From: Hemiscyllium ocellatum
Taxonomy: Eukaryota
NCBI RefSeq assembly: GCF_020745735.1
Contig: NC_083409.1
Coordinates: 42,118,048 to 42,182,047, forward strand
Length of the DNA: 64,000 bases
Direction: 5' to 3'
The position numbers and the translations under genes are program-made. The number at the start of each line of letters is the position of its first letter. Within the stretch, counting starts at the first letter, position 1. Below are positions 37,515 through 50,552 of this stretch, in pieces. The notes beneath the pieces were generated by a model. It made no database searches. It saw nothing but the letters and a program-made list of their open reading frames with translations, and was not told the DNA's origin.

Positions 37515-38429
37515 CTGAATTTAATTACAGACAATGATGGTTTCAGCAGAACCAGAAACTAGGTTAAGATAAATTAATACATTACCATCATTCAATCACT
37601 ACATCAATTCAAACTTGAATCTGATTATGCCTTCTACTTCCACACAGTCAAGAGCGGCATTTTTAGACATGATTATTAAAGGCAAACAAGTAGAGGCTTT
37701 CCTCCACATTATTTGACCATTCCTAATAAAGTCCTTGACTCTTCTCCAGAGGGTATCTTGGACTTAGTGTCATCACTGTTTGAATAACGTACAAATGCAC
37801 AGTAGTTGACAGGCCAGGAACAACTTTCAACTGGACAACTGTGTTTTTTTCTAATAAAATTTGCATGCCTTATTTCATAGCCCTGCAGGAGCCTGTGTAA
37901 GGGCTCACTGCACTTTATTGCTGTTGTTCCAGCCCTGGATTTCTCTCTTCATTTTTCTGAAGGCTCACACCGCAGTAATTGCAAAAAGAATAAAGATGGA
38001 CAAATGTGCCATTTGCTATAATGCGTCTTTCAGAGATTCAAGATGATTAGCAGACTGACAGATCATCAACCAAATAACTATGATTAGCAGCCCAGCTGTT
38101 AACTGCTAAGCAGTGCATGTATCTCTAGCCATCTCAATCAGCTGCCAGAGTGTATGTGAAGCTAACTGTGCTGAGTTTCATCCTTAGGCAGTTCACCCCA
38201 GGTATTTGCTTTGATAAAGGGAGCTATTTCAACAAACTTGCAGCAGCGTCTTAACTTTCCACAGTGTAACAAAACTAAGCAGTTTGATCAGGCTGATGTG
38301 GAACAATTTTGTACTGGTTTGAGACCTTGCACTTCATCTAGTTTGTATTTAAGTGATTCCTGAGGAGGAACCAGTGACGTTTGCTATGGGTTTCCAAGAG
38401 TATATTTTTTGTTTCCATTGGGCATTCAG

Positions 38430-38900
38430 TCTTTCCTCAATTTCCTCAGATGAAGAGAATGATGCAAAAATGAGGAGAAGGTCTTTGGAGGTTGACTTTC
38501 TAAATGAATTTCTGGACCCAAGTTGGATGGGACCAAGTAAAGCACGGGCATGGTGATCGACTGGGACAACAAAGTGTCTCCAGAGCATGAGATGTGAGAG
38601 ATTTTAATTTTCTAATGAAGAAATGCTGATTTTGACTCCTGCCTGAAGTAGGTGGGAATCCTGTCATGGGCTGTGGGCAGGAAGTGAACTGGAGAGGGTA
38701 GGATTGCAGTATTAGACCAAGTGATCACAGAGAGGTAAACAGAAGTTAGTGGTGGGGAAGGGAAAAATCTGAGAGAATTGGAGGCTGAGCGGTGAATGGT
38801 GGAAGGTGGAGAAGGTACTATGAAAGCAAGGACAGAGGGATAAATGGTTTCCTCAATGAGAGAGTAAGAATAGCGTTTCAGAATTTCTTGGCCCGCAAGA
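38430..38900 (-). mobile_element. Possible ancient L2-like RT remnant
   Basis: Minus-strand LSVITWSNTAIL...PTYFRQESKS loosely follows the L2 pattern LSAAFDTVDH.IL...SYL..RSQ. Confidence 0.3.
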
Positions 38901-41394
38901 AACTTGTAAAATTCAAAGTTACAAGGTTTCACATGAGAAGGATGCAGGCAAGTTTGATACTACAGACCAGTATTTCAAGTCGGAGGAAACGTTTGGGAGT
39001 TGGGACTAAACCTGACATCACGATGCTGCCTTCATTGAAAACCACTATAGGCAAGTTCTTCCAGGGATTTATGGGCCCTTAAGGCAGGACCTGCCACCCA
39101 AGGCAGGAATGGGAATGGGGTGAGTCCACAGCGGGCTGATTAAAAACACCAACCTCTGCATCTCAAAGGCCTAATCTCCCAATGCTCCTGAGACACTCAG
39201 CAGTTTTGTTATACACAACCGATACCTACTTTAAGTATCCCTACCTCATCCAAACCTCATACCTCCTCTGTCCCTCAACTCTTAACCCTGACTCCATGAT
39301 CTGCAGCCGCTCATTTTACTCACTGCAAATAAACAAGCTTTTCTGAGCAGCTTCTAACAATGTGAAGTATGGAGAATATGATTAAGCAGTTAAATTGCAG
39401 CTTGGAGCTGTAAAACCTCCTGAATAAACACCTAACCTAGCAGATGGTCAGACTGAATATATCAATGCAATTGGAAAAATGATACAGTTCCACCTAGTTA
39501 TCATGCTAAACTTGTCAACAGTTTGAAATGCATTCTATTGATTAAATAGACCCTTCTAATTCATTTAAAGACATTCGTAGTTTTACAATGTGGATCTTTT
39601 ACTTGTCATTTTGCAGAAGGAACAGTCTGTCAGACACATGGAACTGAATTTTCCATTTGTTTGACCAAATGGTTTTGACTGAGATTCACAGCAGTCAGTC
39701 TAATGTCTGGCTTTTCACACAAATTCTTCTGCTCTTTCAGTTATCAATTATGCAACCAGCTACCTCCCATGGACAGGCTGGCTACCACCACGGAAAGCCA
39801 GATGCAGCTCACTTAGTGCCTGCCGGATACGCGCAAGACAGACTTGCACTCAATCACTGCAGCCAGAGGTACACCGCATCAAGAGCATGGGACAGGGTGG
39901 TGAGGAACCTCGACCTCACTCCAAATGCCTCTTCCTCTAATGGAGGCAGAATGGTGCAAGCAGTCATCCATGGAGAAAAAGTGCCATAAACAGGACACTG
40001 TCAACAGATCTAGTCCACCTAGGCCCTAAAAGCCGCAGAAACAACGAGCCATGTCTTCCAGTCCAACAGGGCCAACAGCAGAATGGACTCCCTCGATCCC
40101 AGCTGTAGGATATAGTGGGCAGCAGAGGAACAAAGCAGCATATTCAGGGCTCATAGATGGCATGGCTGACAAATTATTGGAAAGTTCTTATACTTTTGTA
40201 AATATATATATATATACTTGCTTTTTTAAACAATCTCTTGTCATCTCTTTGTCACTGTTGGAGCGGGTGAAGTCTCATATAATTGACACGTGAGCAGCCT
40301 CCTCAGACATCCCAAAGCTGAAAGATGTTGCAATGTGTTTCTCACCTCTCACAAGCAACCAACTCCTTCACTGCAAGTATCATCATGAGATGAAACAGAT
40401 CATTTAACAGTCAGTTGCACTTGGATGTGGACATCACTGAAGCGACAAGCAAAGATTGTAATACAAACCATTCAAATGGATGCCAATCTTGTCAGTGAGA
40501 GCAGAGAACCAGGAATGATTTCACACATCTCTGGAAGCAAAGGTTTACACTATCTATTAGCGTTTCAAGGAAGTGTACTGCCACTTGGAGGAGGGTGATG
40601 GACATTGGGCAGATCATTTGCCTACTCTCCCTCATAGTGCAGTGGTCTGCCAAAGAGAAGCTGTACAGAGTGCTGCCTCTCCTGGGTTAAACACTGTCCT
40701 TCAGGATGTCCAAGCACTTCAGCAAAATTTAGCAGTCTTTATGACCTGCCCTAATGTGAAGGCTAACTGGGTGACAGAGAAGCAACACAGATTTACTCCC
40801 AACCTGCTATTACAAATGACTTTGCTACACAACACCCAGGTATAATGTAGTGATTGAAGGCCTAAACGCCACCTACCCTTAGCATATGATGTTAGTGCCC
40901 TGGCTCTCTTCAGTATTTCTTTCTCCTTATCAATAAATAGGGGACCTAGAAAGTGTAGATACTTGTAAGTGAGATTATTCAAAGATTCAAGATGCACCAG
41001 CCTCAGAGGAATGTCATAACATTTCTGAACAGGTTGGTTAAAAGTACCTACAAATCGGATGGATTCAAGTAACTTATTCAGTACCAGAAAAGTTCTAGCA
41101 CTGAAAAGTAATCAGGTCCACATGCATTTTGGATTGACCAAGGCTTGCTTGCCATAAAACAAATAAATGAAAATAAGTTCCAATCCAGCTCATTCATGTC
41201 TGAAGAGTCTTGGTGAATTTCTACAGTACACCTTGTGGATGGAACACAGTGCTTCCACTGCTGGGGGGAGTGGAGAGAGTAAATGCTAGTGGATTTGGTG
41301 ATTGTCTGGTGATGCCCATTTGGGTGGCTGAAGGTGGAAGACGAGGGTGGCCATGGAGCATGCAGGGAGCATGTGAGGGTGACAGAATACTTGA

Positions 41395-42305
41395 AGACTT
41401 GTACATATGAACCTGGAGCAGTAGCTGGCCATTCAGCCCCTTGTGCCTGCTCTGCCATTCAATAAAATCAAGATGGATCTGATTGTAACCGCAAATCCAC
41501 ATTCCTGCCCAACCCTGCTCATTTTCCATCCCCTTGCTCAACAACTATCTATCCAGCTCTGCCTCAAGGACTCCGCTTCCATCACCTTTTAAGAAAGGAT
41601 TCCAAAATCTCACAAGCCTCTCAGTGAAAAAAAAACTTCATCTAATCTCTTTTTCAACGGGTGACCGCTGATTTTCAAACAGTGACCCCAGGTTTTTTGC
41701 TTCCTTCATAAAAGCAAGCATCCTTTCCGCATCGACCCTGTCAAGCTCTTCAGGATCTTTTTTTTTGTGTCAATCAAGCCAGTTCTTGTTCTCCAAAACT
41801 CCAGCAGAGGAAACCTTCTCTGAACTGCCTCCAATACATTCACATCCTTTCTGAAATAAGGTGATCAATAGTGCACATTGTACTCCAGATGCAGTCTCAG
41901 TAATGCCCTGAACAACTGAAGAATAAATTCCCTACTTTTATATTTAATTCTCCTTGCAATCCTCCTTGGAGTGGCATGGTGGCTCAGCAGTTAGCACCGC
42001 TGCCTCACAGAGACCCAGGTTTGATTCCGGCCTTGGGCGACTGTGCGGAGTTTGCACATTCTCCCAGTGTCTGCGTGGGTTTCCTCCCACAGTCCAAAGA
42101 TGTGCAGGTCTGGTGAATTGGCCATTCTAAATTGCCCATAGTGTTAGATGCATTAGTCAGAGGGAAATGGGCCAGGGTGGGTTACTCTTTGGAGGGTCAG
42201 TGTGGACTGGTTGGGTCAAAGGGCCAGTTTTCACACAGTAGGGAACCTGATCAATAAATAACAGCTCACTATCAGCTTTCCTGACACTTGCTGAGCCACC
42301 ATGTT
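41395..42305 (-). mobile_element. CR1 3' fragment split by a SINE
   Basis: Antisense tail ggagcagtagctggccattcagccccttgtgcctgctctgccattcaat, plus ORF2 C-terminal motifs. Confidence 0.75.
41968..42252 (+). mobile_element. HE1-like V-SINE
   Basis: gtggcatggtggctcagcagttagcac...ggagtttgcacattctccc...ccacagtccaaagatgtgcagg. Confidence 0.9.
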
Positions 42306-42309
42306 AACC

Positions 42310-42880
42310 TTTTGCAATTAATGCCATGTTACGTTGAGGTTGTACAGGACGTTGATGAGGCCTCTTCTGGAGCACTGTGTGCAGTTTTGGTCGCCCCATT
42401 TTTAAGTTTAAGAGGTTCAGAAAAAATTTACCAGGGCATTGCTGGGAGTGGAGGGTTTGCGTTATAAAGAGAGGCTGGACAGGCTGGGATTTTTTCACTG
42501 GAGAGTAGGAGATTGAAAGGTGACCATATAAAGCTTATAAATTCCTGAAGGGTATAGATTTGGTGAATGATAGGTGTCTTCTCCATAGGGTGGGAGATTT
42601 CAAGATCGGGGGGGGGGGGGGGGGGGGGGGGGGGGCGCTATTTTTAAGGTGAGAGACGAAAAATTTTAAAAGAAGACATGAAGGGTCTTTTCTTTTTTTT
42701 ACACACAGAGTGATTTGTGTGTGGAATAAGCTTCCAGAGGAAGTGGTGGGAGCAGTGGAGTTACAATGTTGAGTAGACATTTGTTTGGAGGGAGCTGGGT
42801 CAGTCACAGGTAGGTGGGACTCATTTATTTTGGGATTATGGTCGGCATGGACCGGTTGTTCCATGCTGTATGTTTCTATG
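42310..42880 (+). mobile_element. CR1 3' fragment containing a long poly-G run (about 42608-42635)
   Basis: MLR*GCTGR-type antisense ORFs; sense LYRTLMRPLLEHCVQFWSP and tgtgtggaataagcttccagaggaagtggtgg. Confidence 0.85.
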
Positions 42881-42899
42881 AGTCTACGCACGAGGACAA

Positions 42900-43225
42900 C
42901 TGGTTCTCTCTGCATTTCAGAGCTCTGCAATCCTTATTCTTCCAGACAAGATCATCTTCATATCTTCTGACATTACACTCTCTTTGCCCACTCTTTTTAA
43001 CTTAACAGTACCTTTTTGTAGCCTCCTTATATTCACTTCACAACATACTTTCCAATCTACACTTGTGCTGTCAGCAAACTTGGCAGCCTTGCCTTCCATT
43101 CCTTCGTCTGAGTCACGAATATAAATACTGGTGAGGTTGCAGCACTGATTTTTATGGAACACCACTCACTACATCCTGCCAGCCTGAGAAAGGCCAACTC
43201 ATGCCTATCTCTGCTGCCTGTTAGC
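42900..43225 (-). mobile_element. CR1 RT fragment
   Basis: IYIRDSDEGMEGKAAKFADST, a degenerate FADD motif. Confidence 0.75.
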
Positions 43226-43849
43226 CGGTCACTCCTATATCCCGGAAAAGCAAGCAGCAAGAGGATGCCACCAGGTAACTGCTTGAACTTTTACTTTGGT
43301 GAATTGGAATGCCTAGTTCCTCAGGAAAGGGATAAGAATTGGAAACTGTGTGGAAATGAGACGGGTTTAGCTCTGATGGCAAGCTGTCAAATGCATGAAA
43401 AAGGCTTCTCATTTCCCATTTTTTAAACTGTTTCTCATGCCTTCCTGGGGTGATCTATTTAAGAAAGGCCTTGTTGAATGTGCACCGTCAGTAAGCCTCA
43501 CACAGACAGGAAGGAAAGGTCACATCCAGTGTCAGGCATGGCTCAAGTGATGAGGGAAGTCATGAGAATTCAGTGCAGAGGGGAAGAGATGCTTTTTGCT
43601 TGGGCCATAGCTGGCCAAGTTTTCTTTTTAAACAAAACAGGATAAATTGAAGCCCAGGATCAGGGGCCAAGAGCAAAAGAGTGACATCATAGGCAAACAG
43701 TAAACTCATTGGTTGCTGATCGCTACTGAACTGACTATCCATTATAGGTTACTTTCAGAAGATAAATAGAAGGAAATATTTACAGGTTACAAACTAAAAG
43801 ACCAGTGGGAACATTTTAAAAATCAAACTAAGAACTAAGTAATTATAAT

Positions 43850-44036
43850 AGGGATGTTGGGCAATGTATTGGAACTGCATGATGTGGGAGCTGATGGACC
43901 CCATTTTGGTCGTAGTGATCACACTTGTAACGAGTGTTGGTTGCTTGAGGAACTCCGGCTCAGAGTTAATAAGCTGGAGTCTGAGCATTGAACACTGCGA
44001 CACATCAGGAAAGGGTAAGAGTTACCATGGACAGTG
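43850..44036 (+). mobile_element. CR1 ORF1 N-terminal remnant (Zn-finger/coiled-coil)
   Basis: CMMWE, then after a frameshift HTCNECWLLEELRLRVNKLESE..TLRHIRKG. Confidence 0.6.
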
Positions 44037-44039
44037 CAT

Positions 44040-45770
44040 TTCATTGAAACTTACAGAATACTGAGAGGCCTGGATAGAGTGGACGTGGAGGAAATGTTTC
44101 CACTAGTATCAGAGACTAGCACCCGAGGGCACAGCCTCAGAGTGAAGGGACAACTCTTTACAGCTGGGACAAGGAGGACTTTCTTCAGCCAGAGGATTGG
44201 TTAATCTGTGGAACCCAATGCTGCAGAAAGCTGTGGAGGTAACTATAGACCAGTGAGGCTCACTTCTGTTGTGGGCAAAGTCTTAGAGAGAATTGTAAGG
44301 GATAAGATTTATGAACATCTGGATAGGAATAATGTGATCCAGGATAGTCAGCATTGTTTTGTGAAGGGCAGATCATGCCTCACAAACCTTATTGAGTTCT
44401 TTGAGAAGGTGACCAAGGAAGTGGACAAGGGTAGAGCAGTAGATGTGGTGTATATGGATTTTAGCAAGGCGTTCGCTAAGGTACCCCATGGTAAGCTACT
44501 GCAAAAATTACGGAGGTATGGCATTGAGGGTGCATTAGAGGTTTGGATTAGGAATTGGCTGGCTGGAAGGAGACAGAGGGTAGTAGTTGATGGTAAAGGT
44601 TCATCTTGGAGTGCAGTTACCAGCGGTGTTCTACAAGGATCTGTTTTGGGACCATTGCTGTTTGTCATTTTTATAAATGACCTGGAGGAGGGGCTAGAAG
44701 GTTGGGTGAGCAAGTTTGAGGATGATACGAAAGTCGGTGGAGTTGTTGACAGTGAGGAAGGATGTGGCAGGTTACAGCGGGATATAGATAAGTTGCAGAG
44801 CTGGGCAGAAAGGTGGCAAATAGAGTTCAATGTAGCTAAGTGTGAAGTCATTCACTTTGGTAGGAGTAACAAGAAGATGGATTACTGGACTAATGGTAGG
44901 CTACTTGGTAGTGTGGATGAGCAGAGGGATCTTGGTGTCCATGTACACAGATCTCTGAAAGTTGCCACCCAGGTAAATAGTGCTGTGAAGAAGGCATATG
45001 GCGTACTGGGCTTTATTGGTAGAGGAATTGAGTTCCGGAGTCCTGAGGTCATGTTGCAGTTGTATAAGACTCTGGTGCAGCCTCATCTGGAGTATTGTGT
45101 GCAGTTTTGATCGCCATACTATAGGAAGGATGTGGAGGCACTGGAACAGGTGCAGAGGAGGTTTACCAGGATGTTGCCTGGCATGGTAGGAAGATCGTAT
45201 GAGGAAAGGCTGAGGCACTTGGGGCTGTTCTCATTGGAGAAAAGAAGGTTCACAGGAGATTTGATAGAGGTGTACAAGATGATTAGGGGTTTAGATAGGG
45301 TTGACAGTGAGAACCTTTTTCCGCTAATGGAGTCAGTTGTTACTAGGAGACACAGCTTTAAATTAAGGGGAAGTTGGTATAGGACAGATGTTAGGGGTAG
45401 ATTCTTTACTCAGCGGGTTGTGAGTTCATGGAATGCCCTGCCAGTAGCAGTGGTGGACTCTCCCTCTTTATGGTCATTTAAGCGGGCATTGGATAAGCAT
45501 ATGGAGGTTGTTGGGCTAGTGTAGGTTAGGTAGGCTTCGGTCGGCGCAACATCGAGGGCCGAAGGGCCTGTACTGCGCTGTATTTTTCTATGTTCTATGT
45601 TTTTCTAGGTCAAGTCATTGAGTGTACTTAATAGATAGGTTCTGGATTAGTGAGGGATTCACATAGGTTATCGGGAGAAGGCAGGAGATCAGGGTTGAGA
45701 AACACATCAGTCATGGTGAAATGGCAAAGCAGGCTCGATAGACAAATTGCCTAATTTTGCTCCTATATCC
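44040..45770 (+). mobile_element. Older CR1 3' fragment (44040-44239 and 45607-45770) hosting a younger CR1
   Basis: ...gcagaaagctgtggagg | tcaagtcattgagtg... is contiguous CR1 sequence across the insertion. Confidence 0.75.
44240..45606 (+). mobile_element. Young 5'-truncated CR1 LINE, RT domain to 3' tail (pseudo-ORF2)
   Basis: NYRPVRLTSVVGK...YMDFSKAFAKVPH...QGSVLGPLLFVIFINDL...KFEDDTK. One in-frame TGA at 45108-45110, after which the frame continues to 45524. (TTCTATG)n tail. Confidence 0.95.
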
Positions 45771-47284
45771 GATATTCAACAGAAAACTCAGCCCAGATCC
45801 TACATCCTTCAATCGCAAGACTTCCACAACTCATTCTATTGAACACAGTTATAACTCATACTGCAGCATTTAATCATGAACTGTAAAGGAGACAGATAAA
45901 GCATCTTACTTATTTTTAAACACTTTGAGCTGACAATCCATGGTTCGGACCCCTGTGCAACCTCTACGTGGAGAACATAACAGCGGCCAAGCTGGCCGCT
46001 TCCATGGAAATTTTAAAGAGTAACTTGCCTGGTGTGGGATCTCAATATCCTCACAGAGCTGTCAGTTCCATACTCTATAGGTAAAGGGTGTGTTGCAGGG
46101 TTCCGCCACTCCACTGCACTCAAGGCCATGCCCTTCTGTTGTCCTGTTTGGCAGCCATTTCAGTCTTATGACCATTTGGTCCCGATTTGGGCCAGAAAAT
46201 CTGGCAATCAGTGGCCAGGCCTGTGGTTAAAATAGGGTTTGTATTCCTACAAATTAACTTGGACCTTGCCATCTATATTGGACTCCTACTCTTGGGTGCT
46301 GGGTGGAACTATTGTGTTTGATTTCAGGGTAATTGTAATGCATCTGGAAAATGGCTTCTTGCATGGCCTCTTCTCACTGAGCAAGGGAATTTAAATTTCC
46401 TCTCTCTTATGTGACCCAATAGGATTTGTGTAATAAAGAAAATGTATTTCTCCCAAAGATTTTGTTTTGGATAATCAACTGATTTTAACATAAAAATGGA
46501 ATCAAACTATTCCCTCATCCTTTTGTGGGGAACAATCACCCTCGTGAAAACATGGAGAAATCACAGAGACACTTATTCTGAGATATTAAACAGTTTTGAA
46601 GCCTGCTGTAAATGAGATTCAATTTCAGCTACAGCTAACATGACGTTTAAAAGAATCCTGTGTTAAAGGAGGTTACATGGATAAAGCAGACCTTACCAAA
46701 ACTGGGAAAGTCAACTGCAAGTATCTAAATTTTAGATATTACAGGCATGAATTTCAAAACGTTCTGATAGTATTGCACACAAAGTGAAAAGTTGATGAAA
46801 GCCATGTAATGTGCAGACTCTTAATGCATACAATGAACTGTAAATCTGTTAACCCAAGATCTTTAACCATTAATATTTGACAAGAAATATAATGCTAAAG
46901 GAGCCAGATGGCTTTTAATTGCCTACACACTAAAGGCACTTTTGAATGGATTTCCTGTTACGAGAAAAATCCATTATGACACTAATTTAATTGACAACTT
47001 ATTAACATCTTCCTAAAAGAGGCTATTTGTTGAAATGGGTCAAGAATGAAAACATAAATAAGTCTCAAGTAGCAAAATGGATGTCTGTCCACAGATACAA
47101 ATTTGTATTTATAGTTCAAGCTAATAATGTTGGCATGTGGTCTCGCTGCTATTGCTGTGAACACCTTTCATTATTGAGGAGGGTAAGTAATGAGTTCCAG
47201 CAGTATTGTAGAAATATTGAAGAATTGGCTTGACAATATCACCCGTCTAACACTCTTTATGTAGCACATGTATTTTATCAAATA

Positions 47285-47552
47285 CAGTACAACCTTGATT
47301 ATCCAAACATCAATTATCCAAGTTTCAGATTATCTGATCAAGATCTCAATGTCCCGTAAAAATAGCATTAGGCAACTCACCATTGTTACTAGCTCAACGG
47401 TATTATAGTGTGCATTGCCAGATAACCGAAGTATGTTCGTTAACCGGAACTCAAATTACCGCTTGTTTACGATCAGATCAGTTATCCAAACGATCAATTA
47501 TCTGAACAAATTACTCCCCGCCCGTCTCATTCGGATAATCAAGGTTGCTTTG
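47285..47552. mobile_element. pogo/Tigger-like MITE, family B
   Basis: TIRs TA-CAGTACAACCTTGATTATCC ... GGATAATCAAGGTTGCTTTG, with internal ATTATCC/ATTATCT subterminal repeats. Confidence 0.8.
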
Positions 47553-48023
47553 TCCCTACAAATAAACACTAACTCGAAATCATGCTTTTCAAATTGCTAT
47601 TACAGGTTACTCTTGCTGAACAGTCCATGCTCCAATCATATGTCAGCTTGTCACAGCTAACCAATAATATTAAAAGTCGAATATTAAATTCACATGCCAG
47701 AACTCCAGCATACAACTTAGCTTTCACCTGATTGGCTGCTGTGGAACAGAACAAGCTCTGGATTTGATTCCAGAGTATTGGCACAGCTCTAAACAATATA
47801 AAGTTTTGCAATAAACAATTGCTGTTGCAAAGAGTTCCGGGGCAATTTAGCAATTAAATATTAGATCCTTCACCGCTTAGGAAGATTAGTGACTGCAAAA
47901 CAAAATGATACAAGCTAGAAGAGGGCTTCAGCTCATTCCCTGTCTTGGCCGAACTGGTTGCTTCCTGTGAAGACAGCAGTTATCTATCACAATGGTACAG
48001 AGGGATAATTGGGTAAAGTTCCT

Positions 48024-49167
48024 ACTTAGGCCATCTTCCATTTTATATGGAGATCAAAGATGGCCAGGGTCCGAAGGGACTCGATGTACAAAGATCTGGA
48101 CAACGGGGAAAAATTCACACTCAATGCCACCCTCACCCTGAAGGCCACTTTTGTGTGTGCTGCATCAAGCTGTGCGTGGATCCCCGGTACGCAAACACAA
48201 AGTGTCTTAGGCTCTACCTGTCCCCGGTGTTGCGAAGGATGGGCTTGGCCTCGCTGCCGCAAAATGCTTCAAGTAGTTGGACCGTTCCATATCACCTGTC
48301 ATTCGTGGGGAAATTTACGAAGAAAAACACCTTTGACCACAAGTCCATCAGGAAATGGTCAGCACATAGTGTCCTTGAATCCCTTTGGGAAAAGGAGAGG
48401 ACGGATCCTATCGAGTGGTTCCCTGGGCAGACTGTCAAAGTCATTTGGCAGGATGCCTCATCGCCAGAACTTTCCAACAAGCACCAAGATATGGCTTGGC
48501 TGGTGGTGAGAAGGGCTCTGCTTGTGAGATGCTTTATGCACACCCGGACTCTCTACCACACCGCATGCTGCCCTCGAAGTAGCTGCGGAAGGGACGAGAC
48601 TGTCACACACCTCCTTCTGGAATGTGCCTATACAAAGGAAGTCTGGAGAGGAATGCAGTGGTGTTTGTCGAGATTTGTCCCGAGCAGCTCCGTGAAGCAG
48701 GAGTCCGTGCTCTACGATCTGTTCCCCGGGACGCACACCGAGATAAACATTAACTGTGCCTGGAGGATCATCAATTCTGTGAAAGACGCTCTTTGGTCTG
48801 CCCGAAACCTGTTGATCTTCCAACTGAAGGAGCTGACCCTGACTGAGTGTTGTGGACTGGTACATTCCAAGGTCCAGGACTACGTGTTGAGGGACGCGCT
48901 GAAGCTTAGGGCAGCTGCCGCCAAAGCACGGTGAGGAAAGACCACCGTATGATGTCTGCCTGCCTAAGCAGTGGGGGCCCACACAGTAAGTGGGCTGCAC
49001 TGAAGCCTCAGCTAAATATATGGATAGTAAACATACAGACCTGTCTATATGAATGCTTACTTGATTTCTGTATGCAAAGAAATGGAATGTTTACGTATGT
49101 ATGGCATGACCAATTGTACAGATCATCAAGATATTTTATGAATAAAGTATTTTTTGAAATAAAAAAT
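48024..49167 (+). mobile_element. Tx1/L1-clade non-LTR retrotransposon, 5'-truncated
   Basis: IFHFIWRSKMARVRRDSMYKDLDNG, C-terminal CCHC knuckle CPRSSCGRDETVTHLLLEC, AATAAA at 49141 and an A-rich tail. 19-bp TSD at 48005-48023 / 49168-49186 with 1 mismatch. Confidence 0.9.
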
Positions 49168-50552
49168 ATAATTGGGTAGAGTTCCTGACTTCAGCGACTC
49201 ATGCTTTAAGTATTCGTATTGACACAGTACAACGGCAGGTTAGGCTTAGTCCTGATTGAGCAGCCTGCAGACATTCATAGTTGGGGGTTCAATTCACCCT
49301 TAGGGGAGCAACAGAACACGTTCACTCCTTGTGAAATTGTACCTCATCATGTCATCTTCAGAAAGAGAAAGAAAGTATTTGAAAAGAAAGCAGCAGTCAA
49401 AACTAAAAACAGGCAATACAATAACAACCAAATCTTCTTTATGCGCTACATGAAACAACATTACATTCTTCAGTCCTAAGTGCATTATAAACACAGGAAT
49501 AAGAACGGTTAGTTCCAGTTCATCACCAACAATCTTGTGACAGCCATCTCATGAAGGCCTCATCTGCTCTTGCTGCTGCAAACTTAGTTCTTCTTTCATC
49601 ATTACCAAGTGGGAATACCATGAAATTCACACTGAATTCTTTGCCTGTCATCCTGGGCAGAGTTTTCACAGACCATTGGGGCTTGGCTCAGTAGAAGTCA
49701 GGGTCTGAAAGTCCAAGTTATCAGGTTGAGGTCATGATGCGATCCTGCCCTCTGCTGCATTGACCTGGGATGGTACGCAAGGCAAGTGGAGAACACCCTT
49801 TGATCTGTCAGTTGAGTAACTAGGAGATCAATGAGTTCGTTAAGAAGCCAGTTAGGATCTGTTTTAACTTAGTATCTAATATCTTCCAGACAGGGGCACC
49901 TTGTGTCTTCCACCAGTCAGCCACTTGCTCAGATCATTGAGATGAGGACACAGTGAAAAGATCTTCTTCACTGAAGCTGAAGGTGCAGCAGAATTTAAGC
50001 CATTTACACAGAAAGAGATCCAATCCTGGTCATTGACAGACTGCTGTTTAAAACACCTCCGCCTCTCAAAGTGCTACACCAGCTGAGAAGTGATTTACAA
50101 CTTCCAGAATGGTATTTCACCTGGTCCAGTACTTCATTCCCCTCCAGCTGAATTCCTCTGCTACTGCAGGGTATGAGTTGCAGCTTATGTAACTGCATCT
50201 CCCATCTCTGTTGAGGGTCAAGGGTAGAGACCGTGTGACTGCCAAGAGCTCCTGCACCACCTGCCTTCACCAGCATCACCTGCCTCCAGTAGCATGCATC
50301 TCAGAAGGTCAGAATGGAATGGCTACTGAGACCCCATAAAGAGAAGCCAAGGTCCCCGACACATGGTCTACAGCTCTCATGACATGTCCGAACACCAGTG
50401 CCTTAGACAGTCTGGGCCCTCATGGCTGACCATCTCCTTTGCAGCAGATTGGCACATGATCACCAGTGGTCAACAAGATGTCCGTCACTGCAGGTCAAAC
50501 TCACCCTCCACCCCCACCCCCAACCCTGCCAAGGCATCTGCCAAGTTGTGTC

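Noticed and set aside
42608-42635. Poly-G run as a functional G-quadruplex
   Set aside because: It is a homopolymer expansion inside a dead CR1, its length is unreliable in assemblies, and nothing else supports function.
44208-45110. Host gene encoding a 300-aa reverse transcriptase
   Set aside because: It is a 5'-truncated CR1 ORF2. The predicted start lies in flanking host CR1 sequence and the frame has a premature stop.
48047-48934. Novel 295-aa Cys-rich protein
   Set aside because: It is the C-terminus of a frameshifted Tx1/L1-clade ORF2, bounded by a TSD and an A-rich tail.
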